Shown here: positions 1 through 9,316 of the stretch, one piece after another
Layout of the letters: the number at the start of each line of letters is the position of its first letter
How positions within the stretch are numbered: position 1 is the first letter of the stretch
Notes under the pieces: model-generated
Databases searched by the model: none
The model's input: the letters and a program-made list of their open reading frames with translations, nothing else
Told to the model about the DNA's origin: nothing
Position numbers and translations under genes: made by a program
DNA from: an uncultured SAR86 cluster bacterium
GTDB taxonomy: Bacteria > Pseudomonadota > Gammaproteobacteria > Magnimaribacterales > D2472
Length of the DNA: 64,000 nucleotides
Direction: 5' to 3'
Assembly: GCA_902601475.1 (NCBI GenBank)
Contig: CACKNK010000001.1
Coordinates: forward strand, 208,584-272,583

Positions 1-658
1 CATCAGGGCTTATTTTCAAAAAAACAGGGTTTAAAAAATTTAGTTTTTCTCGTTCAATTTGAATTTTACTAAGAAGCTCTCTTATGTTTTCTTTGGAGTG
101 CAAATCTCTGAGACCAGGAGTGTTGGGTGAAGATATATTAATTGTAATGTAATCTGCATAGTCTGCTACTCCCCTGAAGCAACATAAATAATCTTTTATG
201 CGTTCTTTTTCATCAGAGTTTTTATTTGCACCTATGTTTACTCCTAATACACCATCATATTTTGACTTCTTTAAATTCTTAATCAGGTGATCTAAGCCCT
301 TATTATTAAAGCCTAGCCTATTAATCACGGATCTCTCTTTAGTGAATCTAAAAACTCTTGGTTTTGCATTGCCTGATTGTGGCTTTGGAGTAACAGTTCC
401 AACTTCTAAAAATCCAAATCCCAAATCACCTAAAGCCTCTATATAATCTCCATTTTTATCGAGGCCAGCTGCTGTTCCAAGCCTATTTTTAAAAATTAAA
501 TTTTTAAATTTGAATGGCTCTCTTAATGCAAATTTAGCTGTGATCCCAAAAAAAGAATATAAATTTAATTTATGAGCAATTTTCAGAAGGATAAGACTTA
601 TAGAGTGTGAGGTCTCAGGTTGCAACAACCTTGTTAGCTTTAATACTAAATCTATCAA
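1..658 (-). CDS. pyrD: Dihydroorotate dehydrogenase, quinone type (runs off the window edge)
   Basis: Absent from the ORF track. Manual translation gives NRLGTAAGLDKNG, GFGFLEVGTVTPKPQSGN, INRLGFNN, NISSPNTPGLR and LKISPD. The TTG start (656-658) overlaps the galU stop. Confidence 0.95.
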   Translation of the reverse strand, partial: MIDLVLKLTRLLQPETSHSISLILLKIAHKLNLYSFFGITAKFALREPFKFKNLIFKNRLGTAAGLDKNGDYIEALGDLGFGFLEVGTVTPKPQSGNAKPRVFRFTKERSVINRLGFNNKGLDHLIKNLKKSKYDGVLGVNIGANKNSDEKERIKDYLCCFRGVADYADYITINISSPNTPGLRDLHSKENIRELLSKIQIEREKLNFLNPVFLKISPD

Positions 659-1497
659 ATTATTATCTTTTGTTTCCTTGCAAAATGAATATTTGCCTGG
701 ATAAAACCCTCTCTTGAACCACAGTCAAACTTTTCTGCCTTGTATTTTAATCCAAAAATTTCTTCCTCTTTAAGAAGCATTGAAATAGCATCAGTCAGTT
801 GAATTTCATTACCAAAGCCTGGTTTTATTCTTTTTAAAGATTCAAGAATACTACCTTTAAGTAAATATCTGCCTGTAACAGCAAAGTTACTTGGGGGATT
901 TGATTGGGGCTTTTCAACTATTTCTTTAATCATAGTTAAATTTTCTGAGATGATCTCACCATCGATCACACCATATTTTTTTGTCTCTTCGTCAGTTACT
1001 TCATTAATTGCAATAATACTTCTTTGATGAGACTCAAATGCATTTAAAAGTTGAGATGTGATCCCAGGTGTCCCATCAAACAAATCATCTGCTAACAATA
1101 TTGCAAAATACTCATCAGGATTTATTAGATGCGAAGCCTGCAAAACTGCATCTCCAAGACCTTTTTGATCTCTTTGCCTGATAAAGGAAAATTTTACTCC
1201 TTTATACTCTTTAAGGTTGATACGATCTAGATACTCCTTTTTATCTGAGCTCAGTAGTTGTGTTTCAAGCTCCTGATTTCTTTTAAAGTGATCCTCGATT
1301 GGTCTTTTTGTATGACTTGTAATGAAAATTATTTCTTCTATTTCTGCTTCTACCGCTTCTCTAACAGCAAACTCAACCAGAGGAGTATCCACAATTGGGA
1401 GCATTTCTTTGGGTATTGCCTTAGATGCAGGAAGAAATCTTGTACCTAGACCTGCAACAGGCAGTACAGCTTTTTTTATGGATTTGGAATTACTCAT
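655..1497 (-). CDS. galU: UTP-glucose-1-phosphate uridylyltransferase
   Basis: Motifs KAVLPVAGLGTRFLPASKAIPKEMLP, GLGDAV, IVEKP, EIQLTDAI and FDCG. Confidence 0.95.
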   Translation of the reverse strand: MSNSKSIKKAVLPVAGLGTRFLPASKAIPKEMLPIVDTPLVEFAVREAVEAEIEEIIFITSHTKRPIEDHFKRNQELETQLLSSDKKEYLDRINLKEYKGVKFSFIRQRDQKGLGDAVLQASHLINPDEYFAILLADDLFDGTPGITSQLLNAFESHQRSIIAINEVTDEETKKYGVIDGEIISENLTMIKEIVEKPQSNPPSNFAVTGRYLLKGSILESLKRIKPGFGNEIQLTDAISMLLKEEEIFGLKYKAEKFDCGSREGFIQANIHFARKQKIII

Positions 1498-2087
1498 TTT
1501 TTAATTAGTGCAAATGATATACCGCAAATTAGCCCAGTCAAATGAGCAGTATTGGCAATCTTACCAAAACCAAAAAGATTCAAAATATCCAAGTAACCTA
1601 ATGCTAACCAAACAACCATAAAAATATATATTGCGGGAGGCATTCCATAGGCATATCTTTTCTGAATGAACTCTCTGATATAGCAAAAACCAAGTAAAGC
1701 ATAAACACAACCAGATAACCCACCAAAAATAATGGCTCCTGAAGCAGCGGATTCTGCGAGATTGCTTAGGATGCCAGAAAAAAGAATAAGAAAAATAAAC
1801 TTTTTGTAGCCCTCTATATCTTCAATTCTGGTACCCAAAATATAAATCCACAATGAATTGAAAGCTAAATGTGCAACTGAGAAATGAAGAAATATGGGAG
1901 ACAATAATCTCCAAAACTCAAAATCTTCTAGGTAGGTTTTTTCAATTGGGATAAAGCTTAGAAAGCCATTAATTATTTCAGGCTTTAAAAATGTTAAATG
2001 AAAGGTAAGTTGATTTTGTCCAAAAAAAGTAGCTAAGCTTATTAAGACAGATAAAAATACTAGGACGTTAGAAAAAGATAGTCTCAA
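1494..2087 (-). CDS. Rhomboid family intramembrane serine protease (GlpG-like)
   Basis: WRLLSPIFLH...HLAFN, catalytic GLSG, ANTAHLTG; hydrophobic protein. Confidence 0.9.
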   Translation of the reverse strand: MRLSFSNVLVFLSVLISLATFFGQNQLTFHLTFLKPEIINGFLSFIPIEKTYLEDFEFWRLLSPIFLHFSVAHLAFNSLWIYILGTRIEDIEGYKKFIFLILFSGILSNLAESAASGAIIFGGLSGCVYALLGFCYIREFIQKRYAYGMPPAIYIFMVVWLALGYLDILNLFGFGKIANTAHLTGLICGISFALIKK

Positions 2088-2950
2088 GATGACTTGTTAT
2101 TTGTAATATCTAAACTCCAGCCCAATTTCTCTCTACATGATTCATAAAAATTATTATTTTTTGGATGAACAATTTTTAGTTTAATTTCGTTTTTGGATAA
2201 TGAAATTTCTTCACCAAAGCTAACACGAATATTTTCTTGACCGTCAACACACACCATCCCATGCTCCAGAGGGCCTTCCATTATTTCAACTGAAATGTTC
2301 TTATCATTTGGTGATACTAGAGCTCTAGATGATAAGCTTTGTGACATCATTGGAATTATATTAAAAACAGATAGTTCAGGATCAATGATGGGGCCTCCAG
2401 CAGATAATGCATAAGCTGAAGAGCCAGTTGGAGTCGCTACTATAAGTCCATCAGAGCGCTGCTCATAAACGACTCTCTCACCAATTTTTAACCTATATCT
2501 CATCAATTGAGCATATGAACCTGAGTGAATAAGAACCTCATTCAAGCCGAAATATGTCTGATTAGAAAATGAGACTCTTACTAAATCTCTTTCTTCTATA
2601 ATATGTTGCCCAGACAAAACATCTTTAATTGTCTCCTCAAATCCGTCAACGTTTATATCAGTTAAGAAGCCAACACTTCCAAAATTAACTCCCAACATAG
2701 GTATTTCAAACTCTAAAAATTTTCGAGCTGAGCTAAGGAAGGTTCCATCTCCACCAAATACAATCAATAGATCTAACGTTTTTGGAAAATCTCTTAATAC
2801 TGCGCCCTCAAAATTCCCATCAAGATTATTTTCTTCCTCGACAAAAACAGTGCAGTCTGACTTTGTCAAGACTGGTATTAATTGCTTAAGACTATTCTTA
2901 TCGTTATCTGAAAGAGAATTCTTAAAAATTAAGCCTATTTTTTTAAACAT
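2084..2950 (-). CDS. nadK: NAD kinase
   Basis: GGDGT, GFL, NE and DGLIVATPTGSSAYALSAGGP motifs. Confidence 0.95.
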   Translation of the reverse strand: MFKKIGLIFKNSLSDNDKNSLKQLIPVLTKSDCTVFVEEENNLDGNFEGAVLRDFPKTLDLLIVFGGDGTFLSSARKFLEFEIPMLGVNFGSVGFLTDINVDGFEETIKDVLSGQHIIEERDLVRVSFSNQTYFGLNEVLIHSGSYAQLMRYRLKIGERVVYEQRSDGLIVATPTGSSAYALSAGGPIIDPELSVFNIIPMMSQSLSSRALVSPNDKNISVEIMEGPLEHGMVCVDGQENIRVSFGEEISLSKNEIKLKIVHPKNNNFYESCREKLGWSLDITNNKSS

Positions 2951-2956
2951 GCGCGT

Positions 2957-2962
2957 ATTATA
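2957..2962 (-). promoter_or_regulatory. -10 hexamer TATAAT 6 nt before the nadK ATG (candidate leaderless promoter)
   Basis: Minus strand reads TATAAT-acgcgc-ATG with no Shine-Dalgarno sequence. Confidence 0.55.
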
Positions 2963-2985
2963 ACTACTCTAGATATTTATTCCTT

Positions 2986-3732
2986 ATGAGTAATCAAATT
3001 CAAGAGTTAGCAAATCTTATTAAAAATTCAAACCGCATCATCATTCTTACTGGTGCAGGAATTAGTACTGACTCTGGATTACCAGATTTTAGAAGTGATA
3101 ATGGTTTCTGGAAATCAAACAAACCAATTTATTTCAATGACTTTATAAAAAGTGAGCGGTCTAGAATTCTTTCATGGAAAAGAAACATTGAATTAAATAA
3201 TTTACTAGAGAAAATTAATCCTAATGAAGGGCATCGATTTGTTTCAAAACTATTAGATCTCAATGAAGATAATTTTCTAATAACTCAAAATATTGATGGT
3301 TTGCATCAAAGAGTATTCAAGAAAAATAAAAATGTTATTGAAATCCATGGAAATGCAACATCTGCAAAATGTCTTGAATGCAAAAAAGAATATTCTTTAA
3401 AAATTTTTCACCAAGCCGTAAGAAATGACAAACCAATTCCAACCTGTTATGAATGCTCAGGCTTAATAAAAGTTGCCACCATTTCATTTGGACAACCGAT
3501 GAATACAGATGACCTTATTAATGCTCAGAATTTAACTGCGGATTGTGATTTATTTTTAGTGCTTGGATCATCGCTAGTTGTCCAGCCTGTTGCTTCACTT
3601 CCAAAGATTGCATTAGAAAATAATGCAAAGCTTGCCATTATTAATAATGACGAGACTCCTTACGATGGGTTAGCCGATATAGTTATTAATGAAAAAATTA
3701 ATGAGGTCATTGCAAAGATCAATCTTGACTAA
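2986..3732 (+). CDS. cobB: Sir2-family NAD-dependent protein deacylase
   Basis: GAGISTDSGLPDFR, TQNIDGLH, EIHG, two CxxC zinc motifs and GSSLVVQP. Confidence 0.9.
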   Translation: MSNQIQELANLIKNSNRIIILTGAGISTDSGLPDFRSDNGFWKSNKPIYFNDFIKSERSRILSWKRNIELNNLLEKINPNEGHRFVSKLLDLNEDNFLITQNIDGLHQRVFKKNKNVIEIHGNATSAKCLECKKEYSLKIFHQAVRNDKPIPTCYECSGLIKVATISFGQPMNTDDLINAQNLTADCDLFLVLGSSLVVQPVASLPKIALENNAKLAIINNDETPYDGLADIVINEKINEVIAKINLD

Positions 3733-4772
3733 TCATGCATTAATGCTGCTCTTCCAATTATTTTTCCATCTTTGAGATCTAAGAGAGTCTGGTAAGCCTC
3801 AGATGCATTTCTCTTCTCAACTGGTATTGGATCAATTTTATTTGCGCGAACTAGCTCCATCAATTCTTTCATATCTCCGGGGCTTCCAACATATGAGCCC
3901 TGAATGGTTCTCTCCATGATTGGGATTAAGGGTAATGGCATTTTTAATTCGCCACCATAAAGACCAACGATAATGTATTTACCGCCCTTAGCTAAAAGAT
4001 TGGTTCCAAAGCCCACTGATAACTCTGAACCAACAAAATCTATTAACGTCATTGCGCCGCCCTCAGTATGTTCAAGGATCTCCACCAACGATTCTTCTTT
4101 AGTAGAGTTAAATGCTTTTGAAGCACCATTACTCAATGCTATCTCAAGTTTTTCATCATCAACATCGATAACAATTGGATTAACATTAAATGCAGATTTC
4201 GCTATTTGTAATCCCATCATTCCAACTCCTCCAACTCCCAAAATGATTGCTTTATTATCGGATGAATAGGGTAAGCCTTTTTTTAAAGCACTATATGCTG
4301 TTAAACCTGAGCATGCATAGCTTCCTGCGAGATGAGGCTCTATGTCCCCAGCTTCATGTAAATATTTCTGGTCAGGGACTAAAATGTGATCTCCAAAACC
4401 ACCTGGCATCTGCACACCTATGTTTTGAGCTAGATTACAAAGATGCTCATCCCCTTTTTTGCATAACTCACATTCTCCACATCCAATCCATGGATACACA
4501 ACAAATTTAGATCCTATTTCAACAGTGGCATCATCTCCACTGGCAACAACTTCTCCAAATACTTCATGCCCAAGGGTATAAGGTCTCTCCAGAGGCAATT
4601 CAAGCTTATTACCACCCCCAAGATTAAATGCGCCCTCATGAATGTGAACATCAGAATGACAAACGCCACAACTAATAGTTTTTACTAAAACTTCTTTGCC
4701 TTGCGGATTCGGAGTTTCAACTTCATTACAAACTAAAGGCTTTCCTGGTTCTTCAACTTGATAGGCTTTCAT
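3729..4772 (-). CDS. Zn-dependent alcohol dehydrogenase
   Basis: CGVCHSD, GHE, CGECELC...C and GVGGVG motifs. Confidence 0.92.
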   Translation of the reverse strand: MKAYQVEEPGKPLVCNEVETPNPQGKEVLVKTISCGVCHSDVHIHEGAFNLGGGNKLELPLERPYTLGHEVFGEVVASGDDATVEIGSKFVVYPWIGCGECELCKKGDEHLCNLAQNIGVQMPGGFGDHILVPDQKYLHEAGDIEPHLAGSYACSGLTAYSALKKGLPYSSDNKAIILGVGGVGMMGLQIAKSAFNVNPIVIDVDDEKLEIALSNGASKAFNSTKEESLVEILEHTEGGAMTLIDFVGSELSVGFGTNLLAKGGKYIIVGLYGGELKMPLPLIPIMERTIQGSYVGSPGDMKELMELVRANKIDPIPVEKRNASEAYQTLLDLKDGKIIGRAALMHD

Positions 4773-4857
4773 AACTATTCCTTATTACAATTAATTTAAT
4801 CTTTTGATTATAATAACTTTTCAATTTATCAAGTAAATAATCTAGGAAATAAACTTT

Positions 4858-6048
4858 ATGAGTAATTTAGAAAATTTTAGAGCTGAAGTTAGTGATTGGT
4901 TAGAAGAAAACTGTCCTCCGTCCATGAGAACTCCAATGGTTGAAGACGAAGTTGTTTGGGGTGGCAGGAACGCAGTCTACAAAAATCCTGAATCAAAAAT
5001 ATGGCTAGATAAAATGGGTGAAAAAGGATGGACTGCTCCAGCATTACCTAAGGAATATGGTGGAGGCGGTCTTAATAGTGATGAAATTAAAATTCTTAAC
5101 TCTGAACTCTTCAAAATTGGAGCAAGACCTGCACTTAATAGTTTTGGTATTTGGATGTTGGCCCCAGTAATAATTGAATACGGTAACGAAGTTCAAAAAA
5201 TGGAACACATACCAAAAATCCTTAAAGGTGAAATTAGATGGTGTCAGGGTTATTCCGAACCAGGATCAGGTTCTGATTTGGCCTCTCTCTCAACAAAAGC
5301 TGAAGATATGGGTGATCATTACCTGGTAAACGGCCAAAAAGTTTGGACATCATATGCTGATCAGGCTGATTGGATATTTGCTCTGGTTAGGACTGGACCA
5401 AAAGAGCCAAAGCATAGTGGTATTAGTTTTTTATTAATTGATATGGCTAACCCTGGAGTGTCTACAAAACCTATAACCTTAATCAGTGGAAAGTCTCCAT
5501 TTTGCGAAACTTTTTTTGATAATGTGAAAGTCCCAAAAGAAAACTTGATTGGAGAGGAAAATCAAGGCTGGACGATTGCAAAGAAGCTCCTTCAACATGA
5601 AAGAAACTTTATATCAAACTTTGGGCTTGCTGCAGGTGGTGGTGATGGATCTAAGACTAAAGGCGTAGTAGGACTCGCAAAAACATATCTTGGCGAAGAA
5701 AATGGAAAAATTGCAGATCTAGATTTTAGATCAAGAGTTACTGAGCATAAGATGAAAGAGCATTCCTTCGGTTTAACTCTTCAAAGAGCTGGCGATGAAG
5801 GTGGAAAAGCTTCAGCTGCATCATCAATATTTAAATACTACGGGACTGAACATAATAAAAATAGATATGAACTCATGATTGAAGCCATGGGTAACAAAGG
5901 TTTTATTTGGGATGGTGATGAAGCTGAATCTAAAGAGAAAGCTATTACAAGGGCATGGTTGAGAACAAAAGCAAACTCAATTGAGGGTGGTACTTCTGAA
6001 GTTCAATTAAATGTAATCGCTAAAAGAGTTTTAGATCTTCCGGCTTAA
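4858..6048 (+). CDS. Acyl-CoA dehydrogenase, putative catalytic subunit of a paired ACAD
   Basis: WCQGYSEPGSGSDLASL, NGQKVWTS, LQHER and SIEGGTSEVQ. Confidence 0.92.
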   Translation: MSNLENFRAEVSDWLEENCPPSMRTPMVEDEVVWGGRNAVYKNPESKIWLDKMGEKGWTAPALPKEYGGGGLNSDEIKILNSELFKIGARPALNSFGIWMLAPVIIEYGNEVQKMEHIPKILKGEIRWCQGYSEPGSGSDLASLSTKAEDMGDHYLVNGQKVWTSYADQADWIFALVRTGPKEPKHSGISFLLIDMANPGVSTKPITLISGKSPFCETFFDNVKVPKENLIGEENQGWTIAKKLLQHERNFISNFGLAAGGGDGSKTKGVVGLAKTYLGEENGKIADLDFRSRVTEHKMKEHSFGLTLQRAGDEGGKASAASSIFKYYGTEHNKNRYELMIEAMGNKGFIWDGDEAESKEKAITRAWLRTKANSIEGGTSEVQLNVIAKRVLDLPA

Positions 6049-6060
6049 CAAAGGATTAAT

Positions 6061-7200
6061 ATGAAACTAGTCTTAAATGAAGAATTACAGTTTTTAAAAG
6101 ATACTGCTTCAAACTTTGCAAAAGATAAAGCTCCGGTGTCTCACTTAAGAAAACTCAGAGATGAAGATCATCCAAATTCTTGGGATGAAGGTCTATGGAA
6201 TGAAATGGTTGAGCTTGGTTGGACAAGCATTCTTATTCCAGAAAAATATGGAGGTTCTGAGTTTGGTCTTGCTGGCATAAGCGTGGTGCTTCAAGAGTTA
6301 GGCAAAACTCTAGTTCCCTCTCCATTATTTGCTACAGGTGTATTAGGCGTTACTTTGATCAATCAAATGGGTTCGGAGCCTCAAAAAGAGAGACTTCTTG
6401 GAAAAATTCTTGAAGGTAAGCTTACGACTGCTCTAGCAATTGATGAGGGATCACATCATGAGCCTGCAAATACAGAGCTTACCGCAAAAAAAAATAATGA
6501 TGGATGGGTCCTCAATGGAGAAAAGGTTTTTGTAATTGATGGTTCAAGTGCTGATCTTTTGATTGTTATAGCTAGAACGTCTGGTAACAAAGGTGATACC
6601 CAAGGATTATCAGCATTCATTGTAGATCCTAGTTCAAAAGGTATAAATAGAAGAAAAGTGCCAACTGCAGATTCAAGAAATTATGCAAATATTTCATTTG
6701 AAGATGTAACAATTTCAGCTGAGGAAATCCTTGGCGAGGTTGATGGTGCTTCTGACCAAATTCAAAAAGTTTTGGATTTTGGAAGAATTGCAATGTCGGC
6801 GGAAATGCTAGGAAATACTGAGGAAGCATTTGCAATAACTTTAAATTATCTTAAGGAAAGAAAGCAGTTTGGTGTTCTAATTGGGTCATTTCAGGCTTTG
6901 CAACATAGAGCAGCAAAAATGTTTTGTGAAATCGAGTTAACAAAATCAGCTGTAATAGCTGCAATGCATGCTGCAGATGAAAACTCTAATGAGCTCGAAA
7001 GGCTATCAAGCCTGGCAAAATTTCAAGCTGGAACAACCTTGCACACAGTAAGCAATGAATCAATACAAATGCATGGTGGTATTGGTGTTACAGATGAGTA
7101 TGACATAGGCTTTTATCTAAAACGTGCAAGAGTGGCAGAACAAATTTTTGGTTCCTCAACTTATCATAAAGCTAGATACGCAGATATAAGCGGCTACTAA
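6061..7200 (+). CDS. Acyl-CoA dehydrogenase, putative partner subunit
   Basis: RKQFGVLIGSFQALQH and QMHGGIG; C-terminal QIFGS; adjacent to the previous ACAD. Confidence 0.9.
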   Translation: MKLVLNEELQFLKDTASNFAKDKAPVSHLRKLRDEDHPNSWDEGLWNEMVELGWTSILIPEKYGGSEFGLAGISVVLQELGKTLVPSPLFATGVLGVTLINQMGSEPQKERLLGKILEGKLTTALAIDEGSHHEPANTELTAKKNNDGWVLNGEKVFVIDGSSADLLIVIARTSGNKGDTQGLSAFIVDPSSKGINRRKVPTADSRNYANISFEDVTISAEEILGEVDGASDQIQKVLDFGRIAMSAEMLGNTEEAFAITLNYLKERKQFGVLIGSFQALQHRAAKMFCEIELTKSAVIAAMHAADENSNELERLSSLAKFQAGTTLHTVSNESIQMHGGIGVTDEYDIGFYLKRARVAEQIFGSSTYHKARYADISGY

Positions 7201-7201
7201 G

Positions 7202-7987
7202 TTGGCTGATATTAACCCTCTTCTCGAGCTGATGGAAAAGCTTCGAGATAAAGATAAGGGTTGTCCATGGGATATAAAACAAGATCACAACTCAATTGCA
7301 CATTGCTCCATAGAAGAAGCCTATGAGTTGGTTGCAGCTATAACTAAAAATGATCAGGAAAATATAAAAGAAGAGCTTGGCGATGTCTTGCTTCAAGTAA
7401 TCTTTCACTCACAGATTGCAAAAGAAAATAAAGCTTTTGATTTTAATGATGTGGTTGAGGTTTTGAGTAAAAAACTAATAACAAGACACCCAAATGTTTT
7501 TGATCCAGATTTTGATCTAAAGATTTCAGCAGATGAGCAATCAAAGCTGTGGGATGAAATTAAAGAGAAAGAAAAAAAGCAAAATACAAACAAGGAAAGT
7601 TTTGAATCGATTTCAAGCTCTCTATCTCCAATTCAAAAATCTAAAGAAATTCAAAAAGAAGCTTCAAAGAAAAATTTTGATTGGAATTCTACTGAAGATG
7701 TATTTGAAAAAGTCCATGAAGAATTAAACGAATTAAAATCTATTCAACATAAAAAAAACCAGGCAAAAGAGGAGCTAGGAGATCTCTTTTTTGTCTTAAT
7801 TAATTTGGCCAAACACCTTCAAGTTGATCCTGATATAGCAATTGAATCAGCTAACCAAAAATTTATGAGAAGGTTTTTAAAACTTGAGGAAATTGCAAAA
7901 AAAAGAAATCAAAATATAGAAAATGCTAATATAGACGACCTTGATAAGCTTTGGGAAGAGGTTAAACAGGGTGAGAAGTCTTTATAA
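7202..7987 (+). CDS. mazG: Nucleoside triphosphate pyrophosphohydrolase
   Basis: LRD..GCPWD, EEAYE, EELGDVLLQVIFH, a second EELGD and KFMRRF; TTG start. Confidence 0.93.
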   Translation: MADINPLLELMEKLRDKDKGCPWDIKQDHNSIAHCSIEEAYELVAAITKNDQENIKEELGDVLLQVIFHSQIAKENKAFDFNDVVEVLSKKLITRHPNVFDPDFDLKISADEQSKLWDEIKEKEKKQNTNKESFESISSSLSPIQKSKEIQKEASKKNFDWNSTEDVFEKVHEELNELKSIQHKKNQAKEELGDLFFVLINLAKHLQVDPDIAIESANQKFMRRFLKLEEIAKKRNQNIENANIDDLDKLWEEVKQGEKSL

Positions 7988-8855
7988 AAATATAATTGGT
8001 GTTCTAACAATAAACACAATTATTATTATTCTTTCGATCGGAGTGATTGTACTTTCGATTGTTTGTTTGCCACGCGTATTCCCCTCAAGAAAAATAAAAA
8101 AATTTATAACTGGAATTGCCAATGGAATTGGTGACATTGTTGTGTGGACAATGAAAATTTCATTAATTCCTCTTCATAGACCAAATTGGATGATTGAATT
8201 TCCTGAAGGGATTTCTAAAAAAAATTGGTATCTGGGCACCAGTAACCACATGTCATGGGCTGACATATTTGTGCTTCTTTTTTCTGCAAATTATAAAGCT
8301 CCGCTTTTGAAATTCTTTATGAAAAAACAGTTGCAATGGATACCGCTTATTTATTTGGTTCACAAGACGATAGATATGCCATTTGTGAATCGACACTCAA
8401 GGGAAGAAATAACTAAAAATCCTAACTTAAAAATAATTGATTTTGAAAATTCAAGAATTGCGGCAAAAAGATTTACAAGACATCCTGCAACAGCTTTCAG
8501 TTTTGCTGAGGGAACAAGATTCTCTGACAGTAAGAAAGTGGCAATGAAATCAGACTATAAAGGTTTACTTAATCCAAAAATTGGAGCGCTTGCAACTGCG
8601 CTTGCAGGCATGCCAATGGTAAGTGAATTGATTGATTTCACCTTGATTTATGAAACGGACAAACGTTCTGCATGGGCATTTGCTTGTGGTGAAATGAAAA
8701 ATGTAAAAATTATAGTTAAAAAATACAAAATACCTACTGAGCTTATAAATCATCATGATAAAAGCTCAAATGATTATAGGGAGCTATTTAAGGTATTCGT
8801 CGATGATATTTGGAAAAAAAAGCAATTGATTATTGATCAAAATTCTAGTTTTTGA
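7971..8855 (+). CDS. PlsC/YihG-like acyltransferase
   Basis: NHMSWAD (HxxxxD), KFFMKKQL and FAEGTRF. The likely start is the in-frame GTG at 7971, preceded by GAGG; the ORF track starts at 7941. Confidence 0.85.
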   Translation: MRSLYKNIIGVLTINTIIIILSIGVIVLSIVCLPRVFPSRKIKKFITGIANGIGDIVVWTMKISLIPLHRPNWMIEFPEGISKKNWYLGTSNHMSWADIFVLLFSANYKAPLLKFFMKKQLQWIPLIYLVHKTIDMPFVNRHSREEITKNPNLKIIDFENSRIAAKRFTRHPATAFSFAEGTRFSDSKKVAMKSDYKGLLNPKIGALATALAGMPMVSELIDFTLIYETDKRSAWAFACGEMKNVKIIVKKYKIPTELINHHDKSSNDYRELFKVFVDDIWKKKQLIIDQNSSF

Positions 8856-9316
8856 CGACTGATCCCAAAATTATTTTCGTCAGCATACAACCAGTAGCCC
8901 GGTTTAAATATCAATCCTGCAAAGGAAATCATCGCTCCTCTTTTTCCAAGACCAAATTTTTCAGTTTTTTTAAACACGCTGCCTTTTGCAATTATTGATA
9001 TTGGAAGATCATTAATCTCTGTTACATCTCTTATGTAACCGTTTAAAACAACTCCCTGCCAATTATTTTTTACTGCCTCAGCAGCAATGTGATCACCAAT
9101 CATGGAAACATGATTAACTCCTGCTGCATCAATAACTAATATCCTACCTCTACCATCTTCTGCCAGAATTGATTTAACGAGGCTGTTATCATCGGTACAG
9201 AAAACAGTTTCTATCTCACCATTAAGAATATTAGATTTGCCATATCGAAGAAATCTTTTATTGGAGACATTTAACATCTGAGGATATAGGTCTGATATAT
9301 CTGGTAGAGTCTTCAA
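8837..9316 (-). CDS. rraA: RraA-family protein (RNase E regulator / HMG-aldolase-like)
   Basis: DDNSLVK...GRGRILVID, GD..A..A..NNWQGVVLNGYIRD and YADE. Confidence 0.88.
   Translation of the reverse strand: MKTLPDISDLYPQMLNVSNKRFLRYGKSNILNGEIETVFCTDDNSLVKSILAEDGRGRILVIDAAGVNHVSMIGDHIAAEAVKNNWQGVVLNGYIRDVTEINDLPISIIAKGSVFKKTEKFGLGKRGAMISFAGLIFKPGYWLYADENNFGISRQKLEF

Noticed and set aside
2986-3732. Sir2 as an anti-phage NADase (Thoeris/DSR type)
   Set aside because: It is a short CobB-type protein with zinc-binding cysteines in a housekeeping context, with no defence partners.
7202-7987. mazG as part of a toxin-antitoxin or defence locus
   Set aside because: It is an ordinary two-domain MazG with no mazEF or defence genes nearby.
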